Shown in pieces: positions 24,376 to 38,307 of a stretch of DNA of 55,917 nt. The number at the start of each line of letters is the position of its first letter. Position 1 is the first letter of the stretch. The position numbers were made by a program, and so were the translations under genes. The notes beneath the pieces were generated by a model that was given only the letters and a program-made list of their open reading frames with translations, searched no databases and was not told the origin of the DNA. This DNA comes from Tubiluchus corallicola (Eukaryota > Animalia > Priapulida): NCBI GenBank assembly GCA_030141605.1, contig JAQGDQ010000199.1:214430-270346 (forward strand). The letters are read 5' to 3'.

Positions 24376-27300
24376 TCATAAAGGCGATGCTTTAGTTTGA
24401 GGATCTTTCTCCTTTGCAGCATCTTCATCTAGTCCAATGTTACTGTCTCCTTCAGCTAATTCATGCTGGTTTTTTGGCACTGCACTATTGTCATCATCGA
24501 CACTTTCGCTAGCGTCCTGCACAATTTGACCGCTGCTATCGTCCAGATCGGTTTCATTCACCGGCGCCATCGAGACATTCAATCTGCTCAGTTTCTCAGA
24601 GAGTTTTTCCTGGTGGTACTCCTCTTGCGCAGCGGAAAGTAAGATGTTCAGCAATGAGTTTTTGTTGTCCCTGTGATGCGGGACAACGGGCGGATAAGGA
24701 TTACCTGAAATAAATTTCATTTCTTAACCACTTCACTGCCATAATGACATTTATTTATAGGAAGGTGCTGCCCTCTACGAGCAGCAGTTGGGATGAAAGA
24801 GAGAAGGGGAGGAGAACAATGATGGCCGCGTTCTTGATCACAACAATGTTTTTTCTGTCTTTATTGTGTTAGTGAACAACAGCATTTAATTATTACCAAA
24901 TTTGTACCTTCGTGATATTTTAAATCTTGATAAAGAGCCAATGATGTAAGTTACATGAATTTAAATAATTTAATTAAGTTTACGAATTCGATCTGAGAAA
25001 TTTGTAAAAGCACTTTGACCAACAGGTTGTCTTCTTCTTAATTATTAAGCTTCTGTTCATCATTCTCTTTATTTTTCTTCTTTTTTAATGTTCTCTTTAT
25101 TATTCTCTTTAGAATAAACGACTTTGGAACATGAATGAAATAGTGAAGGCTTTCTGTACATGACAGCAACATTGATTTTTGCTTTTGGAACGTATCTCAG
25201 TAATTTTAAATTACTTTCCACGGGAGTCTCAGTTTTGTTTAACGACGTTTCGCTTAACGTCTCATTTTGCTGGAACGCCTTAGCGTCGCTAAGCGAGGAC
25301 TTACTGTTCAATTATCATTTCCACTAACACATCCTTCTACCCTTCCTATGTGATCTAACTTTTCTCCCAGTTCTTTTTTTTTGTTCACTCATCCATTCTT
25401 TTTTATCGGGTTCACATGACAGTGGGCTTATACAAGCCTTTGCTTCTCTAGCCCCCTGCAGTACAATTATTCTTTTATTATAACGATAGTGTATGAAACA
25501 TAACAATTTAATACAGTAGATGTAATAATTTTGATGTCACTGTGTGTTTAATGTCATTATATTGTACTAAATGTGATAATAATAATAAATAAATAAAAAA
25601 AATAAAAAAATAAAAATAAAAAAACCGATTATAGTGATTTATACACAGTTGTAATCAAGATTAATTTGATTAATCAATTAATTTCCCATTATTGAATATT
25701 TGAAAGCATATCAGACAAACACTGTTTCAAGAAACACAAAGGTTATACACTGGAAAGCATTCGTTACCTTTCAGTTCGAGGATACCCTGATACCTTGCAC
25801 TTCCTGGCAACTTCAACGGTAACGGAAACATGCTAGTATATGTCACGGTGTACATCTGGAATCGTGGAACTAACACTTTGAATAGTTTGTGCACCAAGTC
25901 AGGATCCTGAAATAAGTCAAAGAAGAGAGAAACGTCAAAATCTACGATGACATTGTTCTGTTCTAAACAAAACCAATCAGCAAAACAATGAAGAAATTTC
26001 AAGAATATTTTGCCCATGGGATGTGTGTGCCATACTCAGGTAAGTTGTGGCAAGGATATTTCCATACAGACGGTGTTACTGTTCCTAGCTAAGAGTATAA
26101 TAGACATGGTTTTTCAGCAAGTTTCTAAAGACCCTTCCACTTACATTTTCTTTGATAATAAATACAGGGTGTCTCAAAAGTCACCATACACTTGCTATTT
26201 ATCTAAGTACTCATAACGGACAAGATGTACTTGAACTCAACCAGTTTCACATGTTCTTGTACTTGCTATTTATTTAAGTACTCGTACTAGACAAGAAGTA
26301 CTTGAACCCTAACCAGATTCACATGTTCTTGTACTTGCTATTTATCTAAGTACTCGTACCAGATAAGATGTACTTGAACTCAACCAGATTCTCATGGTCT
26401 TGTACTTCCTATTTATCTAAATACTCGTACCAGATAAGATGTACTTGAACTCAACCAGATTCTCATGTTCTTGTACTTGCTATTTATCTAAATACTCGTA
26501 CCAAATAAGATGTACTTGAACTCAACCAGATTCTCATGGTCTTGTACTTGCTATTTATCTAAATACTCGTACCAAATAAGATGTACTTGAACCCTAACCA
26601 GATTCTCATGTTCTTGTACTTGCTATATATCTAAGTACTTGTACCGGATAAGATGTACTTGAACCCTAGACAGATTCTCATGTTCTTGTACTTGCTATAT
26701 ATCTAAGTACTTGTACCGGATAAGATGTACTTGAACTTAACCAGATTCTCATGTTCTTGTACTTGCTATTTAACTAAGTACTCATATTAGACAAGATGAA
26801 CTTGAACCCAACGAGATTCTCATGTTCTTGTACTTGATATTTATCCAAGTACTCGTACCAGATAAGACGGACTACAACCCTAACCAGATGGTCATGTAGT
26901 TCAATGGCTGGTGTACACATACAGATGAACAGATTTTGATTTCCTGGATCACATGCTGTACCAAGTCAGGGAATTACACAAACACCCAAATTCTCAGGAT
27001 AACATGTTCAATGATTTTTTTTATTATTATTATTGTTGTGGCGATCGCTGGCATCTATTAGAATTAAATAGAACATTGTAGAATGTTCCATTAGAATAAT
27101 CGGCTTACCTTGTAGAATGTTCTAGAGAGAAACGTCTAGAATGTTCCCTGGCACCCTATATAAGGCGAAGCAGGCCGCTGACACACACACACACACACAG
27201 ATTTCGAACGGACCCCCTTACACATTCTCTTGTATACTTGTATTTTCAGATACACTCAAACGTTTTCCAGATTTTCACGCTTATTGTAAACATTTCGTGT

Positions 27301-28965
27301 TCCTTCATACTTTCGTGTTGTAGAATTCTCGCTTAATAAACTAGTTTAATTTGATGAAGCGTTTTCTGGTTTTCTCTACGAGCCTTCCGAGAGAAACAAA
27401 ACACAACAATTATATTTATTGTTAAGCAAAGAAACAAAGAGACGGATAGAAGTAATACTAACTATATAACAGAGTAGTCACTCTTACATCAATACAGTGC
27501 ACTTTGGTAACATTTTAGAATTCATCTGGCTCAGAATGTCAGAGGTACTTACGACTAGCCAATATTTTGCCATCTCCATGGTATGCTTATGCGTAGGTCC
27601 ATTGCGGACAGCATCTTCAATTAACTGAAAATTATTGGAAACAATAAATTCAAAGCAACTAAGAAAGTTTACACAAGTTAATCCACACCATCAAAATTAA
27701 TGCTGCAATAAATTTGCATTCAAACAGGGATAAAAAATTAACAGACCAGTGTATCAGGAGCAATGCCCTAAACGTAGCCTAGCCTAACCTAAGCCTAGCA
27801 AAAGTTGAACTTTGTTGGTAAGACAATTGTTTTACATGAATTACAACAGAATGTCCAATTTGTTAAAAACAGTTCCATTTTATTCATTGTTAATTACTAT
27901 GAACTATGAATTTATTTTTAAACATCAAAATACAATATCAAACACATTAATAAACTTTAAATAAAAAAATTTGAGCAGTGCGAGGTGAGTGTACGACCAT
28001 ACGGTCATTAACACACTCACATTACTTAAATGAAAAAATGATTATAGTAAAGCATGCTTCTGTAGATAACTTAATGTAAATAAGGATGAAGTAAATGATG
28101 CAATAATTTGAGTAGTGCGAGGTGAGTGTACGACCATACGGTCATTAACACACTCACCTTACTTAAATGAAAAAATGACTATAGTTATGCATGCTTCTGT
28201 AGATAACTTAATGTAAATAAGGATGAAGTAAATGATGTAATAATTTGAGTAGTGCGAGGTGAGTGTACGACTATACGATCGTTAACACACTCACCTTACT
28301 TAAATGAAAAAATGATTATAATTATGCATGCTTCTGTAGATAACTTAATGTAAATAAGGATGAAGTAAATGATGTAATAATAGCAATGGTATAAGAGCAA
28401 TAAACCTGAAAGTTGAGAAAGGAAAACATAATATGTAATTACGATTTTGAGTGAGCCTTAAAGAGTGAAATTTTTTTTTTAAATAGTTATGAATATGAAT
28501 TATGTGATTATCTGTCAATCTATCACTTACTTGTATTACAATGCACAATACTGCTTACTTGTGTATACAATGATATACATATATATATATATATATACAC
28601 ACATATATATATATATATATGCAGATTTAAGTGGGGGAGAAGAGATTAAATTATACATTATACTTATAGTAATATCTATAATTGTATAGAACATTTAAAT
28701 ATAATTGATGGTAGTAATGTAGCCATCATAACCATTAAAAATGAGCTATGGTTAGCGGGGGGACAAATTATAAGAATATTGGTGATTATTTCGCAAAATT
28801 AATGTAATTAATGTACTAGTTACAAATTCAAACTTGGTGCTTCTTTAGAAGCCGATGTAAACTTTATAATTCTATAAAAGTAGTTTAAGCGCAAACTCAA
28901 AACCTTACACCCAAACAGAAAAGTAAACACATACGCGCTCAACATATCCTCTTGCCTCATCAGCG
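24376..28965 (-). CDS. MRPL17: Mitochondrial ribosomal protein L17 (bL17m); N-terminal coding part not found
   Basis: Exons 28965-28935 (ADEARGYVER), 27624-27553 (LIEDAVRNGPTHKHTMEMAKYWLV), 25906-25768 (DPDLVHKLFKVLVPRF...GILELK), 24704-24376 (GNPYPP...NSLLNILL...). All GT-AG with consistent phases. Confidence 0.88.
26188..26890. repeat. 71-72-bp tandem repeat, ~10 copies, in an MRPL17 intron
   Basis: Unit gtacttgctatttatctaagtactcgtaccagataagatgtacttgaactcaaccagattctcatgttctt; preceded by a Tc1/mariner-like end tacagggtgtctcaaaagtca at ~26163. Confidence 0.9.
27034..27408 (+). mobile_element. Solo LTR (375 bp) of an LTR retrotransposon
   Basis: TGTTGTG...CACAACA termini, exact 5-bp TSD ATTAT on both sides, TATATAA at 27157-63, AATAAA at 27335-40. 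Confidence 0.88.
27070..27163 (+). promoter_or_regulatory. Heat-shock-element-like arrays plus TATA box inside the solo LTR
   Basis: aGAAcaTTGtaGAAtgTTCc (27070-89), aGAAtgTTCtaGAGa (27114-28), aGAAacGTCtaGAAtgTTCc (27128-47): alternating nGAAn pentamers with one mismatch each. Confidence 0.6.
27968..28381. repeat. 137-bp tandem repeat x3 with internal hairpin
   Basis: cgaggtgagt recurs at 27981, 28118 and 28255; aggtgagtgt / acactcacct inverted pair in each unit. Confidence 0.9.
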
Positions 28966-28988
28966 CTGGACCCCAACGTTAGTGGGAT

Positions 28989-29544
28989 GAAGGGCAGGTG
29001 TGCCACCAAAGTATATTACAGTAGGTTAAGTATGGCAGTACTAGACAATTATAAAGTGTGATAAGATCTTCTTTAATAAAACAATGTTTAACTCGTCTGA
29101 TTAACCCAATGTTTTTAGCAATTTTAGAATGAATTGTGGTTTCCGATCTAAGTGTTCATTTAAGATAACACTTAAGAACTTCATTTTGTTTACTTGTTCT
29201 ACAGCATCGCCAACACTTTTTATAATACTGTTCATATTTATCAGTTTCTTACGAGCTCTGAATAAAATGTATTTAGTTTTAGTTGAATTTAATGCTAATT
29301 TATTGATTTTAAACCAGGCTGTAATTTTACTGAGTTCATTATTAATAATGTTAATGTCAAGTAACTTGCTGTTGATCTTGAAAAAAATATTTGTGTCATC
29401 AGCAAATTGGAAAAACTTTCCATTGTCAGCAATACAGTTTTGTAAGTCATTAATATGTATTAAGAACAACAGAGGTCCCAATATAGATCCCTGGGGTACT
29501 CCATGTGTGATTATTGCATCAATGGAAAGGACATTGTTATATCT
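28989..29544 (-). mobile_element. LINE RT internal fragment (L2/CR1 group), same family as 38.5-39.9 kb
   Basis: [36 protein letters not shown]; highly similar at DNA level to ~39200-39713. Confidence 0.9.
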
Positions 29545-29994
29545 AGCAACATTTTTTATTTTTAATAAATATTCGACTGCAAACAAATGTAACCTGATGT
29601 ATTTCTAGATTTTTTGCTACGTTGAGCAAACAAAAAATACACGTATGTTTTTAGCCACTGTACTGCGAGGAATCTTCCAGAATTAACTGTATCAATCAAA
29701 AGCTTCAAACATTAAAGTTCTGTTCCGATTTTTTTTACTGCAGCTGCAGATCATTTAAATATATGCTAATCCATTTTTCTAACAATCGCATCACGGTCTG
29801 GACAATTTATAATCGTTTTGCTTTTATAAAATTCTGGTGTTTCCTTTTTCTTAGTTTATGATTATATTTTATTTGAATTGTTGATGCTGGAAACAGGACA
29901 AGCATAACGAAAGTGCATATCAGATAGCAGCTAACCTGCAGGTAGCAGCTGCGATAACATGTTAATTGTGATAAAATTTTATTTGTTTTTGTAG

Positions 29995-32900
29995 AACATC
30001 TTATTGGAATAAAATCATTCCGAGGCTGTTGGCAATTTAACCAAGCAGATTTGGGCGAAGTTGTCCAAACACGAGATGACTGCATTCAAAATTGCACTGA
30101 TGAAAGCAAAATATATGCTTTACTTGTTAACGGTAACAAATGCTACTGTGAAAATGTGTTTGGTAGTGAAGGACCTGCACTAAATCCATGTAGTTATCAA
30201 TGTGGAACGTCAAACAAAGTAGAATGTACGCCTGGAGACAGTGACTGTAAAACATGCGGTGGTGAACAAGCTGCTGAAGTTTACAGAACAGGTAAATTTT
30301 AACTTACAGAAGTATAAATATTATTCAATATTGTCACGTGCATTTGTTTAGAACTGGTCATAGACAAATGTCATAGTTAACGTGTAATTATCTATCTACT
30401 GACGTTTAGTCTATCGTCGAAGTGTTAATAATGTCTGTCTTGATAAGTGTAACTTTCATAGCTTTTTACCACGTTACCTGGCAGCAGGAAAATGCATTAA
30501 AGAAATTTGGGTCCCTTTTTATTTATTTTGTTACTTTATGTTTTATTTTTTATTACTTTTATTTTTTCCATCATTTGTTTGTTTTCGTACGTAGTGAGTT
30601 GATTTGGGCAATTTGTTCTGGAAGAGATGCTCAAGCTTGCAAAGCCGTGTGTTTAGCCGCTCAGGTTACAATTTTGGCTAGGAAAGAAACATAAACAATA
30701 AAGTAACAAAACAGAAAATATTTAAAATCAGTTATTAACTGGCAGTACATCACTTGTACATATTGACAACACTATTTATATATGATGACATTACATGTAT
30801 GTGAAAAATGTCACGTTTTGTTCTATATCATAGGATTATGGTTATGACTAAGGGATAGGGTTAGTGTTAATGTTATTTCTTTTTTCCTGTAACTTTTTCA
30901 TCAGGTTCAAATGCGCCTGACCAGGTTTGAAGATTAGGACCAATCACCAAAATACGAATACTAGTCAGGTTCATCTGCAATGGTTTATTAATTTCCGGCA
31001 TACAATCATAATCTAATAACTCAGAATAGAGAAATTTCCATATTTGAAATAGCTAGATAGACGGACAGACAAGCGGTGCATTACAGAAACCGTTTGAAAA
31101 GACGTGTACAGCAAAAGTAAAAACAAATACAGGAACTTCCAGAGAGAACCCAGCAGTAGAGATATGCAGTTGCTGAAACGTGCTGATCAAATTACAAAGA
31201 ATGCAATGTTAACATGGACATTATATTGCCATTAAATAAATTCTCTCATCTGTAGAGTCGCTTTTATTACAGCACTGTATGTTTCAGATTATGATTTTCT
31301 TAACAAAACGTTGAACTGCCATGATGGTAATTATACTTATGAGTTGGAAGAAGACACCCGACTTGAACTGATGACCATGAACAGTGATATGTGCATCGGC
31401 CACTGTAGTGATAAGGGTAATTAATTAATGATTAGGTCGAGTCGTAGTGAGCATTTTTTTAATATTTTTCGTCGCTCTTTCACAATTTAATAGAATCTTC
31501 CTTTTGATGCTTTGTTGATAATTCATGGTGAATAAAGTGGTACCGTTGATTGTATTGTTGCAGACCTCAAGACCATCACAGTGTTTGCAAACATTAAATA
31601 AAATTAACTTGTATACAGTTATGATTGCTAGTCATAGTAGAGAAACCACAAACGAAAGCTTTGTATTTTTATAAAATTCGCATAGCTTTTCTCTAAACCC
31701 AGTTTTACAGGTGTGAATTCTAAGTCTTACTGATGATGACTCGGAAATTTTAGTGCCATTTTTTCAAATTAGCCAGATTTTTCACTCACTTCTAAATTTC
31801 GTGCTAGAATAATGGTGCCTCCAACTGAGCCCCATATTGTACAACGTTCACAACGATTCATGACTACACTGGATGGCTTTGAGCCTTTATATATTGCAAT
31901 TCCAGCTAACGGAGAAGATTGTTAAATGCTAGTCAAAACTGGTATCAGTTCACGATTAGCTTCCTATTCATCATAGCGACTTTGGCACTCGCTTAATGCG
32001 TCTTGTTTTCAAAGTTATCAGAACTTTCTATTTAGTAGGAAGTCTAAACTTTTTATTGCAAATAAAGTTTTTAATTTGGCACAACTTGCATGATTAACAG
32101 CGTTTACAGTAGTGATTATGTGTTTACGGTAACCTTGTCGACTGGTATACCACTTTTGTAAATTTCATAGGAAACCAGATTTCTCATATTGCTACTCTAC
32201 AGCTTGCTAAGCTGGTCTGCCAGCTGAAGCTTGGAAAACAAATCCCTAAATTTGTGTACCACAGTTATAAGCTTCCGTTCGGTAACAGAACGCTGCAACT
32301 CACTAATATATGCAGTGCATAAGATGTGATATAGGTGTTGGGTAGCTTCTGTCCACTCCTGAGTCATTAATAGACATTTTCCAAGACATACTCCCTCTCT
32401 CTCTCAACATCTTGTCTGGAATGGTGTGGTTTTTGACAATTAACCTCATGTCGTGATACTAATAATTACGCCGTTACTGCGATTTACATTAAATACGTTA
32501 CCATTTGTGGTCACATCGTTAAAGTACATATTTTGTGATTTACTTGATTTGAAACAGTAAGAATTGAACTCAAGCTTCTGTGTGCAAAATGTGTTGTTCA
32601 TCTTTAGCACTGTGGCACATTTTAGTTCTCTAACTGCTGCACAAATTTTCCCCAACTTAATGACCGCAGCAAAAATTTTACATTTCAACCACATTCCAAT
32701 CATAGCTGTAAAATACTTTTTCTTATTGTCAAATATCCTACTGTTGGTTACAACAACTGTGCCACCTGTAATAAAAAGTAACAATAAAAACCAAACTGAA
32801 ACAAAATTCATATAAACGGGTGTTGGATAACTAAAACCGTTCAGATATTGATATTTATAGTTCGCAAGGTATAATGAGTAGTGACGATTTGACAAAAGTA

Positions 32901-35900
32901 GAACGTACAAAGGAGCTAAGCTAGTAGCCAGTTATTGGTTTTCTGGAAGCCCGTTTGTGTGCTAGTGTTCCTCTTGTAACTGCAACTGCCTCTTCTCTTG
33001 TAGTCGCAAAACCCATTATACTTTGTGTAATTAACAAAAATTTGTTTTGCAGGGTATGCTTACGCTATCTTAGTGAATCATAACACCTGCAAATGTGGAG
33101 AATATCACACCTTTGATGAAGGAAAGGTTGATGATAGTTTTTGCGATTCACTTTGTTCGGGGACTGTTGTATTCAGGAAAGACTCAGCTTTTGATTACTG
33201 TGGGAGCCACTTGGGCAAATACATCAGTGTTTACACCACGCCAACAGGTATGAAGATAACTACTGCGTTTTAGCTTTAGCTCTATGAGGGTCGTGCATGC
33301 CAGCTGTTGTAGTATAGTCATTAATTTTAGTGAAATAGCATTTATACACAACCAAAAAATGAAGTGAAGTATAATAAGTAAAATTGCAATTAATATCTAA
33401 TTTACAAGAATCTAAATTGTACTTTCAGCTTGTCCACCAGGGCAGCACGGTTCAGCACCGGACAACTGCCAGGATTGTTCTGGTAACTGCTTGAATGACC
33501 TGTGCAGCAATATCAATGGGCATTGTTTCAACAACACTTGCAAAGAATTCTACAATGGTGAACTCTGTGATAAAGGTAAATTGGTTTTGCAAAGTTGCTT
33601 CTGCACTTCTGTGTAGAAAAAGAATGAGCAATATAATGTAAAAGATGTCATTGAAACTGACTGCAGTTACGATTAAACTCCTGTAGAAGTAGTTAATGTA
33701 TAAAATGGAGATTCCTATAATTTTTCAACAGTTTAGATGTTCGTAAAAGTTTATGTTAATAGGATACATCTTGCATAAGTCTAAACAGATTGAAAATAAA
33801 AATGAAGGTACTTGCAATTGAGCATTTTAGCGTAAAAGGGAAGCTATATCAACATATAAACTCTACCACTAAAATGATTTCTGAAAGCAAAGTTTATATT
33901 AACATAAAATTCAAGCCAGTCCCACGTAAGTATTTGAAAATTTTATTAAAATCACTTTACTTGCCCAACGTCTCTCTGTTATTTACCAAACGTTATTGTA
34001 GGTTAGGTTAATTAAATAAAACATTTCTTTTATAGAAAATCCAAAATTTGATGAAGGCCCTATGATAGAAGGCAAGGACATAAATGCGTATTTTCTCAAT
34101 ATCAGATGGAATGAGTGGACCACAAGTGATCAGACAGGAAGCGGTACTCCTGAGATGTACATTGTAAAATACGAGACTAACACGAAAAATGACGAAATTG
34201 TTTGTGAAGTTGAACATCGCGGAACGGAAGAGCCTTATTCATGTATACTTCAGCCGTTGTATTTAGGAGCGGAGTACAGAGTGTGGATTATAATAAACAG
34301 TGCTGAAGGAATCGGAAAGGATTCCCCAAAAACAACAGTAACAACAGCTTGTAACAGTACGTTATACTAACTATTGCCGTAGAAATTGTTGTCAATTAGT
34401 ATGTGGATACCTGTGTTAATGAAATAATAACGTTTATTTTTAAAGCTCACTTCAAGTTTGAAAATTTTTAAATAATTCTAAATTAAAAAAGCAAAAAAAT
34501 TTCCATATTTCTGTACACAAACGTAGCACTGTGCAATGACATTTTTTGTATGATTGTAATACTGAGAAATTAAGTAAATCTTATATGTCAACAAATTTGA
34601 AAACAATAACTATTATCCGTGTCTCTTGAGTGATTATTGTTCAGTCTATTTCAAGCCCCATTTTCTTACTATCTTTTACTGTTCTGAACATAACACTTAG
34701 TTAAACAACATCTCGCACTCGTTTAAATTTTTAAGATTTTCTTTCAGTTTAAAACATTCTGAGATCATCTGTATTTTTAATTGAAACAAAAGTCTTGCAT
34801 TCCCTTTTCAGATCCATTAGAGGCACCAACCATTCATGTAGCTGATCCAGAATTGGAAAAAGATCCAGATGCAGCAGATAATACCGCCATGACTACAATC
34901 ACTTTACCAGTAAGGATATTTTTCTGCCTTCCAGTCTAGGCCTAATAAAATCTCAGCAAGAATTATAATGATTTCTTGCTTCTTCCAATGACCAAATCGT
35001 AAGAATGTTCTTTTTTTTTGCAAATAAAGTTGCCTGAAGTTGAACTTATATTTTAGTGAAAAGTTAGTTCATCAATTATCGATAATATTTAAAATTACGC
35101 AGATCAAGATTATAAAAAAACTGCCATCGTTTCAAGTTTTACATTACATTAATTACACACAAGACATTAATAAAAATCTTCAAGATGTTTTGCTCAAGCT
35201 ATCATTAAGATCTGCAATTATGAGTAAGTTGCAACAAATTACATGCTTAAATGAGTTTGTAATTTGCAAGGAACAAGACAACACCACCATCATCAATTGT
35301 GAAAGCATTTCCGAGTATGAAATATACTACGATTCAGAAGATCATGAACACACTGGAAATGAAACCATCACTGGTGACGTAGCAAGCCACGATGTTTCAG
35401 GACTTCAGCCTTATTCCACTTACACTTTCACGGTCAGGTACAAGAATAACGAAGATTTCTGGAGTGCGAAAAGCGATTCTGCAATAGACACACCCCAAGC
35501 AGGTGAAGTGAACTTTTTTTACTAAACAGAAGTGCTAAAAGTAAAGATAAGCGAGAATTTTGAAGTAAGCCTACATTTTAAAAATCACAAAACAAAGAGA
35601 AGCATAGATCTAGTATCAGATAGTAAGTTTAACATTTTGTGCCAAAGACCCAAGAAACTACCATGACATTAAAACCTGCAATCCAGTTGGTTTATCAAGT
35701 AATTCGACTTATTTTTTACTAACTCAGTAGTTCATGCCCTATTAGTTTTTGACTGTCTTATACCCATTGCAATTTGAATTTCAAATTCTAATTTTAGCTC
35801 CAGGACCAGTGAAAGAACTCACTGTCACTGGAACTGCCACTGATGCTCTGGAGATAACATGGAGTCATCCCGATCAACCAAATGGGAAAATGGAACGTTA

Positions 35901-36398
35901 CAATGTAGAAATAACGTTGGTGCAATCACCTCACTGTAGTGATCATTCCCACAATATCACACATCACGCGAGTGGCACAGATGAACATTACACTGCACAA
36001 AATCTATGTGGTGACAGTGAGTATAAAGTAGCAGTTTGGGGAGAAACCAGTGGAGGTGAAGCGATTAACTCAAAACAGAATGCAACTGGTTGGACAATAA
36101 AAGAGGGTATTATAGCTACTATATTAGAATAAAGTATAAGTATTTGCAAGCTGTTGTATACTGCACAATAAACTAGAATTCGTTTAAGAATGAAGTTATA
36201 TCATTCTTAAAGTTAAATGAAACTGTAAACTGAAATACCTAAACTGGTAAACAAAACTGAAGACAGCATATCACTGAGGTAGTTTAAATACTGTGTATCC
36301 AGTTTGCGTAGTTACTGCCTATAAGTCATCAGGTTTCAGGATTATAGACAATGTTGTATTATTTTCACAGTTGTTACTTCATAACAGCTTAATTAATA

Positions 36399-36462
<64 letters not shown>

Positions 36463-38272
36463 TAAATAAGAATAATAGTAGTAGAGAATTACTTAAAAAG
36501 AAACTAGACAGAATGGATAAAAATACCATATATAGAAATCATTGGCGGTGAAGCAGTTAACTCAAAACAGAATGCAACTGGTTGGACAATAAAAGAGGGT
36601 ATTATAGCTACTATATTAGAATAAAATATAAGTTTCTGCAAGCTGTTGTATACTGCACAATAAAGTGAAATACATCAATGAAGTTATTTCATTCTTAAAG
36701 TTAGATACTCTAAAGTGAAATACCCAAACTGGTAAAACAAAACTGAAGACAGCATATCACTGAGCTCGTTTAAATACTGTGTATATTTAAATCCTGTTTG
36801 CATAGTTATTGCCCATAAGTCATCAGGATTCAGGATTACAAACAATGTTGTATTATTTTCACAATGTGTCTGTGTTTTATTATTTGCACAGTGTTTAGTT
36901 CTTAACAGCTTTAACTTGCAACCAGAGAGTTTTCACATAAGAGCATTCAAATTGGCATTGTCATAATATTCCATATAAAACTTCACAAGATTAGTGTCAA
37001 ATTTATTGAACTTCGCTACTGTCATTCTTAAAGTTAGATACTCTAAAGTGAAATACCCAAACTGGTAAAACAAAACTGAAGACAGCATATCACTGAGCTC
37101 GTTTAAATACTGTGTATATTTAAATCCTGTTTGCATAGTTATTGCCCATAAGTCATCAGGATTCAGGATTACAAACAATGTTGTATTATTTTCACAATGT
37201 GTCTGTGTTTTATTATTTGCACAGTGTTTAGTTCTTAACAGCTTTAACTTGCAACCAGAGAGTTTTCACATAAGAGCATTCAAATTCGCATTGTCATAAT
37301 ATTCCATATAAAACTTCACAAGATTAGTGTCAAATTTATTGAACTTCGCTACTGAATCTGCACATTATATCTGATTTTTGATTCCTCCATTATTTTCAGT
37401 ACCAAATGTCACCGTAGAAAATCTTACTCTCGTTCAAGCTACGAGCTCTGCTATAGAATATACATGGGAAGGGCCAGCAGACTGTTGTGGACTAAATGGG
37501 GAGTTTGTAACCTACAGCACAGAACTTTATGCCAGTGATGTACTAGTTGCTACGAAAAATGACTCAAACAATAATAAAATAATATACGATAGAGAAGATG
37601 GTGTAAGTTATGGAGAAACTTACATTTTTAAAATCTGGATTGTCAACGAAATGGGTAGAGCAAACATATTTGAAGAAGATCAAGTTACAACTCTTCTTCC
37701 TTATGGTACGTGTAAGATAGCATGTAAAAACTTGTGCAGAAAGCTGAACATATAAATAAAATGAAATTTTATTTGTAAGATTAGCATGTTTATAAGAATT
37801 ATTAATCATGAAGAATTAGCATTTCGCAGTATAATTTAGAAAGATTCATCTCTAAACAAGCTATATTGTTATTATTGGATTAAAGTATATATCTACAAAC
37901 TGACACATTTCTTTTTTAGTATGTGATCCAGAACCGTGCAATAATGGCAAATGTGTCGTTGATGAAAATGACTATGACAACTTTGACTGTGACTGCAGTG
38001 GAACCGACTTCACAGGAAGCTGTTGCCACATTTGTAAATATCTAGCATCTAAGTTATATTTAATTCTTGTTCATGAATTTTGAATTATCTGACCTGCTGT
38101 TCACAAATAAGTATTACTACAATTTGTCTTGTAATAATACTTTTCTGCTTCTTCCAAATTTCACTCTTCGTTTTGGTTTCCTTATAGATAGGTAATTGGT
38201 TAGTATTTTACAACCTTACATGAGTACCTAAGTTATCGTTTAATTAATTATTTATAATCTTAATGTCAATAG

Positions 38273-38307
<35 letters not shown>

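Noticed and set aside
31725-31760. Hammerhead ribozyme core (ctgatga...gaaa)
   Set aside because: Flanking helices could not be formed.
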